Positions 59,077 to 64,000 of a stretch of 64,000 nucleotides of DNA are shown piece by piece. The stretch's first letter is position 1. Each line of letters starts with the position of its first letter. The DNA lies in contig CAZCHH010000003.1 in assembly GCA_964498585.1 (NCBI GenBank), positions 9,333 to 73,332 of the forward strand. The letters are read 5' to 3'. Position numbers and translations under genes: made by a program. This stretch comes from an uncultured Hyphomicrobiales bacterium. GTDB lineage: Bacteria; Bacteroidota; Ignavibacteria; Kapaibacteriales; UBA2268. The notes beneath the pieces are model-generated. The model ran no database searches. It saw nothing but the letters and a program-made list of their open reading frames with translations, and was not told the origin of the DNA.

Positions 59077-61050
59077 TTACAACTGAAATGAAGCACCAAT
59101 TATGAAAGCCCGCTGTGGCATTGGATAATTTTTGATTATTTCATATTTTTCATTGAAAACGTTTAATGCTTCTGCCCGCAATTCAATTTTGTATTCGTTT
59201 ATTTTAATCGTCTTTGAAAAGAAAAGATTTGTAATAAAATTCGAGGGTATTACTGATTCCTTTGAATTATCTGCGATTGAATAAACAAAACTGGTATAGT
59301 TAAGCAACATCCCAAGATAATAACCATCAATATTAAAAACACAATTTGCATTTAATAGTTCTTTAGGAGTGTAAACAATTTGCCTGCCTTTTAAAACAGA
59401 ATTTTCGCTTTCGTCTGTGGTAGCTTGCAATGTGTATGCAATTTTCAAATCTATAAAATCGAAAAGAGAATCGTTTGAAATTGCAAATTCAATGCCTTTC
59501 GAAATCGCTTTTTTTATATTCATCGCCTCCCATGTAATTGGGCTTGTTGCAGTTGAAACAATTAAATCCTTCGTTATTATATTAAAAACATCTAAACCGA
59601 CTTTAAAACCAAATACTTTTGAATTTGCTCCAATATTAAATGAAGTGGATTTTTCCGTTTTCAAATTTGTTGAACCATAATTTAAATAATACATTTCGTT
59701 AAAACTCGGAGTGCGGTAATTGCTTGATACTGTGAACTTTAGCTCTAACGGAAAATTGTTTGCAGATATTAATGCACCGAGCATCGGAGATAATGTAGGA
59801 GAAAAATTTTCAACCCCATCAATGCGGAATCCGGTAAAGGCATTGCTCGTAAGCAATTCAGTATTATAAATTTGAAAATCATAATTGGAATAAAAACCAA
59901 TGCTATTCCTTTTAATGTAATCACCTACATTTTTCTGCAACATATTTCCACGCAAATCAGAAAAAGCTCCTTCCAAACCAACTTGCAAATTAGATTTTTT
60001 CTTTAAAAGATTGAAATTTAAATTGAACTTTATATCTCTGCTCGTGAAGTCAGTTTTTTTTAGTTCACTTGTAAATTTATCCAAATCAACAAAGTTGAAA
60101 TTTGAAAGCTTACCATAAACTGAAAATGAAATATTGCTGTTTTCAGAAAGAAAATAAGAATATTTTAAGGAACTGAGAAAGTCTTTTTCTTTGAGCCGTG
60201 CAACAGAATTTTCGATTGCTCCCTGAACGACAGCACCGGGCGAGCCACGCTCCGAACTTCTAATTAGAAAAAATCCATTAAGTTTGGAATTTTCAAACAA
60301 AGCACTTGCATTCAATCCACCCGAAATATTTTCAAAGTCAGCATTTTCGCGTTTTACTTCTTTTTCCTCGCCAAAATGAATCACATTAATAGGATAATTT
60401 CCTTTTGAACTTTGGTATTCAATCAAACCAGATATGCTAACAATTTTTATTGGAACAGAAATACTTGCAGCAGTTGATAAATCGTAAAAAGAACCATATT
60501 TGCTTTCTACTTTATATGATAGTTTATTGCTGTGTTTAGTGTTAATTTCAATTACACCGCCGATAGCACCAGTTCCATATATAGCAGAAAGGCCACCTTT
60601 GGAAATACTGATATTCTCTACAATTTTCATCGGAAGCAGAGATAAATCGAAAGTGGAATTTTGCGAGGAATTGAGTGTAATGCCGTCAAGTTGTATTAAT
60701 GTATGCTGAGCATTAGTTCCGCGGATAGAAACAGTTTTCAGCCCAGCCAAACCGCCATAGTTTTTCACGAAGAGACCTGGCGAAATATTGATTATATCGC
60801 TAAGTTGCATCGGTGATATAAGGTTGAAATAATCCGATTCAATTTTTGTATTTGATGTGTATTTGATTGATGTGTTGTTATCTTCTGCTTTTGCTTCTAC
60901 TTTTATTTCTGGAAACTGTTTAACAATAGAATCACTAAGTATATCAAAGTTATTTGGCTCAGCATTTAAGGAAATTGAAAGAAAGAAAAGGAGAAAGATT
61001 AGTGATAATAATTTTGAAATAGAAATTCCATAAAAATTTCTCCTTTTCAA
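59077..61050 (-). CDS. TonB-dependent outer-membrane receptor (probable TTG start at 61048..61050)
   Basis: Plug-domain region '...GLAGLKTVSIRGTNAQHTLIQLDGITLNSSQNSTFDLSLLPMKIVENISISKGGLSAIYGTGAIGGVIEIN' and beta-barrel C-terminus. A TTG start gives the signal peptide MKRRNFYGISISKLLSLIFLLFFLSISLNA. The extension to 61446 reads through repeat elements and is judged spurious. Confidence 0.75.
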   Translation of the reverse strand: MKRRNFYGISISKLLSLIFLLFFLSISLNAEPNNFDILSDSIVKQFPEIKVEAKAEDNNTSIKYTSNTKIESDYFNLISPMQLSDIINISPGLFVKNYGGLAGLKTVSIRGTNAQHTLIQLDGITLNSSQNSTFDLSLLPMKIVENISISKGGLSAIYGTGAIGGVIEINTKHSNKLSYKVESKYGSFYDLSTAASISVPIKIVSISGLIEYQSSKGNYPINVIHFGEEKEVKRENADFENISGGLNASALFENSKLNGFFLIRSSERGSPGAVVQGAIENSVARLKEKDFLSSLKYSYFLSENSNISFSVYGKLSNFNFVDLDKFTSELKKTDFTSRDIKFNLNFNLLKKKSNLQVGLEGAFSDLRGNMLQKNVGDYIKRNSIGFYSNYDFQIYNTELLTSNAFTGFRIDGVENFSPTLSPMLGALISANNFPLELKFTVSSNYRTPSFNEMYYLNYGSTNLKTEKSTSFNIGANSKVFGFKVGLDVFNIITKDLIVSTATSPITWEAMNIKKAISKGIEFAISNDSLFDFIDLKIAYTLQATTDESENSVLKGRQIVYTPKELLNANCVFNIDGYYLGMLLNYTSFVYSIADNSKESVIPSNFITNLFFSKTIKINEYKIELRAEALNVFNEKYEIIKNYPMPQRAFIIGASFQL

Positions 61051-61075
61051 GTTGAACTTGGGAAGGAGTGGAAAC

Positions 61076-61380
61076 AATGGTGTCATTCCGAGCGGAGCGA
61101 GGAATCTCACAAGTATTTGATACCACAAGAATAGAGATTCTTCACTTCGTTCAGAATGACATCTTTTCTTGTCATTCTGACGGATGTCAGAATCCATCTT
61201 GGAAAAGCAAGCGAGCTTACTCGCTTGATACATTTGGGCAAGTCCGAATGTATTAATGAAATAGCTAATATAGAATATCGACTGAACAAAAATAAGATGG
61301 ATTCTGACATCCGTCAGAATGACATATTTAGTGATGTCATCTTCATTTAAATAAAGGTCTTCCTTCATTGAGGATTCAGA
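61076..61380. repeat. array of MITE-like/palindromic modules (gtcattccgagcggagcgaggaatctcac; gattcttcacttcgttcagaatgaca; cattctgacggatgtcagaatc; gcaagcgagcttactcgcttgatacatttgggcaagtccgaatg; inverted cattctgacatccgtcagaat; aaataaaggtcttccttcattgaggattcagaatgaca)
   Basis: The same modules as at 49516..49830, in a partly inverted order. Confidence 0.8.
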
Positions 61381-61568
61381 ATGACAAGTAAAAAACAAAA
61401 TATATTTTATAAATCTAATTAAAATCATCAAACAAATAATTCGCAACTAAAAATTATTCAAATTTAAGAAAATTAAATGAAAATCTTATGTTTGGCTTCA
61501 ATTTCTATTTCTGTTTAAGAAAATAAAGATTAAATTTGTATTTTATTAAAAAAGAAAAAGATAAGTAA

Positions 61569-63110
61569 ATGGTAAAAAGCAGCAGCCCTTCAAAATTCAG
61601 TTTTAATAAAATTGTTCTTAAATTTTTAGATTATGTAGAAATAATTGGAAATAAACTTCCGCATCCGGCAACGATTTTTGCTTTACTAGCTATAATTGTT
61701 GTAATTTTATCTTGGATTGCAGCAATGCTTGATTTCACTGCAATTCATCCAATAAGTAAGGAAGTAATCAAGGTATCTAACTTATTGAGTGGCGATGGAA
61801 TACGCTGGATTTACACAAACGTAATAAATAATTTCGTAGAATTTCCTCCTTTGGGCTACGTGCTTGTGGTAATGATTGGAATAGGAGTAGCAGAAGGTTC
61901 CGGCTTATTCAACATAATGATAAGAGCGTTGGTTTTGGGCGCTCCGCCAAAGTTACTAACGGGTTCTATTGTGCTTGCCGGCATTTTATCTCATATCGCT
62001 TCTGAAGCCGGATACGTAATTTTAATTCCACTTGGTGCTTTAATTTTCAATGCGGTTGGGAGGCATCCTATGGCTGGTCTTGCAGCAGCTTTCTGTGGAG
62101 TGAGCGGTGCCTTTGGTGCGAGTTTTTTAATTGGTGCTGACGAACAAATTTTGGCTGGACTTTCCACTCCGGCAGCTCAAATCCTGCATCCTGAAATGGT
62201 TATTAATCCAGCTGTTAATTTTTATTTTATGTTCTTTTCTGCCTTTTTTATTATTCTTGCTGGAATCTGGATAACTGAAAAAATTGTAGAACCGCGTCTT
62301 GGAAAATATAGCGGGGCAGCCCCACAAATTGCGATAGACCAGCTTAAGCCGTTAGAAAAAAAGGGCTTAAAATGGGCTTTGATTAGCTTGCTTTTTGTAA
62401 TTGCAATTCTGGCAATTACGATTATTCCTGAAAACGGGCTATTGCGTAATCCAACTGATGGTTCAATTTTACGTTCTCCATTCTTCGATGGAATAATAAT
62501 TGGTATTGTGTTGTTCTTTATATTTCCCGGTTTAGTTTATGGAATAATAGTGGGAACAATAAAAAACGATAGGGATACAATCAAACATATCTCTCATTCA
62601 ATAGCTGATTTATCCGGTTACATAGTGCTTGTGTTTTTCGCTGCACAATTTGTTTACTTTTTCAAACATAGTAATCTTGGAATTATTTTAGCAATAAACG
62701 GTGCTGATTGGCTACAAAGCATAAATTTAACTGGAATACCGCTTATTGTTGGTTTTGTTTTGCTTTGTGCTTTTATTAATCTCTTTATGGGGAGTGCATC
62801 GGCTAAATGGGCAATTATGGCGCCAGTATTTATACCAATGTTTATGCTTCTGGGCTACCACCCCGGACTTACGCAGGCAGCTTTTAGAATAGGTGATTCC
62901 GTTACAAATATAATAACACCGATGATGAGCTATTTTGCATTGATAGTTACTTTTTCACAAAAATACGATGAAAAATACGGCATTGGAACCATTATTTCTA
63001 CTATGCTGCCCTATTCTATTGTTTTCACAATTGGCTGGCTAATAATTTTAGTTATATGGATTTTACTTGGTCTCCCAGTAGGACCAGATGGACCTTTGTA
63101 TTTGAAGTAA
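61569..63110 (+). CDS. AbgT-family transporter (p-aminobenzoyl-glutamate transporter family)
   Basis: 513-aa polytopic membrane protein. The N-terminus 'FLDYVEIIGNKLPHPATIFALLAIIV' is characteristic of AbgT/MtrF. Confidence 0.8.
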   Translation: MVKSSSPSKFSFNKIVLKFLDYVEIIGNKLPHPATIFALLAIIVVILSWIAAMLDFTAIHPISKEVIKVSNLLSGDGIRWIYTNVINNFVEFPPLGYVLVVMIGIGVAEGSGLFNIMIRALVLGAPPKLLTGSIVLAGILSHIASEAGYVILIPLGALIFNAVGRHPMAGLAAAFCGVSGAFGASFLIGADEQILAGLSTPAAQILHPEMVINPAVNFYFMFFSAFFIILAGIWITEKIVEPRLGKYSGAAPQIAIDQLKPLEKKGLKWALISLLFVIAILAITIIPENGLLRNPTDGSILRSPFFDGIIIGIVLFFIFPGLVYGIIVGTIKNDRDTIKHISHSIADLSGYIVLVFFAAQFVYFFKHSNLGIILAINGADWLQSINLTGIPLIVGFVLLCAFINLFMGSASAKWAIMAPVFIPMFMLLGYHPGLTQAAFRIGDSVTNIITPMMSYFALIVTFSQKYDEKYGIGTIISTMLPYSIVFTIGWLIILVIWILLGLPVGPDGPLYLK

Positions 63111-63141
63111 ACATATTTTTTCCACTAATTAAAATAAACCT

Positions 63142-63578
63142 ATGTATAATAATCTTTTTAAAATCTTAAGCATATACTTACTTGCATTATCACTATTTTC
63201 TTGTAGCGATTCTAATTCAAATGAATCAATATCTCCGATTTATAATCAGTGGCAGCGTCATATAGTTGAAAATGATACTCTACAATTTAATTGTAATTTA
63301 ACTTTCAACTAAAACAGCACTTTTAATTTTGTTGTAAATGATACCGTTAAAGGACATATCAATACAACAATCGATTATGAACTGCTTCCGGGAAATAAAA
63401 TGAAATTCTTTTCTGACAATGAATGTCAAAATGAGGCAGTTTATAATTATACTTTTACAAATAATAATTCAACTTTAGTATTGCAATCAGTAATAGAGGA
63501 TTGCCAAGCTAGAATGTTTATTTTTAGATGGGGAATGGACACTTCTACCTCAGGATTAGAAGTAATAAGGAAAAGTTA
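63142..63578 (+). pseudogene. small lipoprotein gene interrupted by an in-frame TAA at 63310..63312 (absent from the ORF track because both halves are <60 aa)
   Basis: 'MYNNLFKILSIYLLALSLFSCSDSNSNES...LQFNCNLTFN*NSTFNFVVNDTVKGHINTTIDYELLPGNKMKFFSDNECQNEAVYNYTF...RWGMDTSTSGLEVIRKS' is one reading frame with a lipobox 'LFSCSD' and a single internal TAA. Confidence 0.4.
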
Positions 63579-63639
63579 AGTTTAAGTAAGAGTAGTTTTA
63601 TACCAAACCGCTAACTAAAAGTGCAAAATCAAAATGTCA

Positions 63640-63790
63640 ATCCGAACCCCCTTATAAAAGAAGACTTTTATTTAAATAGAGAATGACCGACAAAAGTAAA
63701 GATGTCATTGGTAACGAAGTGTTGAATCTCAAGTATAGATGTAACAATGACTTGTGAGATTCCTCGCTACGTCCGGAATGACATAATATA
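63640..63790. repeat. MITE-like repeat modules (aaaagaagacttttatttaaatagagaatgac; atgtcattggtaacgaagtgttgaatctcaag...cttgtgagattcctcgctacgtccggaatgacat)
   Basis: Shares TIRs and internal inverted repeats with the 38481 and 49516 elements. Confidence 0.75.
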
Positions 63791-63924
63791 TTGCTATTAT
63801 TGTAAGCGGTTTGATATTAACTGTAAAGTCTGAAATATGAGTGTATCTATTTGAACAATAAAAATTTTTTTGTCGGATGACTGGCAGTCATCCGATGATT
63901 GAAATAATAAATATTATTTGTAAA

Positions 63925-64000
63925 CTTTTACTTCAATTTCACCAATAGAAGAATAATAAACACTTTCAGCAAGAGCTTGCATTTCATCTTCACCGGGATA
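63925..64000 (-). CDS. 3' end of an unidentified gene running off the window (C-terminus ...YPGEDEMQALAESVYYSSIGEIEVKVYK*)
   Basis: Open frame from the window edge to TAA. Too short to classify. Confidence 0.3.

Noticed and set aside
61051-61446. N-terminal 130 aa of the TonB receptor ORF as annotated in the track
   Set aside because: This stretch reads through MITE-like repeat modules (its translation contains 'CHSERSEESL', 'MDSDIRQNDK'). A proper signal peptide begins only at the TTG at 61048.
1-64000. TAA as a sense codon (alternative genetic code) to explain the two in-frame TAA genes
   Set aside because: Conserved housekeeping genes here terminate at TAA at the positions expected for their family lengths. 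Examples are pyrB (TAATAATAA), the 3964..4842 lipoprotein gene and tyrS. So TAA functions as a stop, and the two cases are better explained as pseudogenes or base errors.
1-64000. tRNA, rRNA, tmRNA and RNase P genes
   Set aside because: I scanned the intergenic regions for the conserved T-loop 'GTTCGAATC' class motifs and for tmRNA and RNase P signatures, and found nothing convincing. I cannot exclude a divergent small RNA without a covariance-model search.

Overview
This is an AT-rich (about 30% GC) chromosomal window. Its gene content (T9SS C-terminal sorting domain cargo, HprK, many lipoproteins) suggests an FCB-group bacterium such as Ignavibacteriota or Bacteroidota. Coding density is moderate and the intergenic regions are unusually long.

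Housekeeping genes recognised from motifs: partial Sua5/TsaC, GlgP-type alpha-glucan phosphorylase, PyrB, HprK, an S41 C-terminal processing protease, TrpS, ThyX, a 2-oxo-acid dehydrogenase E2 with a duplicated lipoyl domain, TyrS, MnmA, RibF, TruB, RbfA, Tgt, YajC, RecN, an ABC ATPase, a TonB-dependent receptor and an AbgT-family transporter.

Accessory or unusual content:
- A tripartite toxin-antitoxin-chaperone (TAC-type) module: HigB/Gp49-like toxin, XRE/HigA-like antitoxin with a C-terminal extension, and a SecB-like chaperone. It sits directly upstream of a lipoprotein, a J-domain coiled-coil protein and a standalone HIRAN-domain protein on the same strand (45.3-48.4 kb).
- A 1021-aa MmeI-like single-chain Type IIL restriction-modification enzyme.
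- A 501-aa beta-class DNA methyltransferase with a C-terminal PD-(D/E)xK-like domain, abutted by heptamer microsatellites.
- A 2324-aa multi-PAS/GAF/PocR hybrid histidine kinase.
- A DprE1-like FAD oxidase / UbiA / HAD cluster.
- A small operon of two V4R-like paralogs plus a 63-aa protein, next to a tandem-sCache_2 lipoprotein and two paralogous lipoproteins.
- A BNR/Asp-box beta-propeller protein with a T9SS sorting tail, next to a 20-Cys secreted protein.

The non-coding DNA is saturated with repeats:
- MITE-like elements with 'tgtcattc(c/t)ga' terminal inverted repeats.
- 'cattctgacggatgtcagaatg' palindromes.
- 'cccaagtgcaacttggg' hairpins that double as terminators.
- A GC-rich 100-bp cruciform element, two copies.
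- A 22-bp tandem array and a 9-bp GWTTAGAWA microsatellite.

Two genes, a four-helix-bundle protein and a small lipoprotein, each carry a single in-frame TAA. No tRNA, rRNA, CRISPR array, transposase or integrase was recognised. Functional assignments rest on motifs I recognised by eye. No database search was run.
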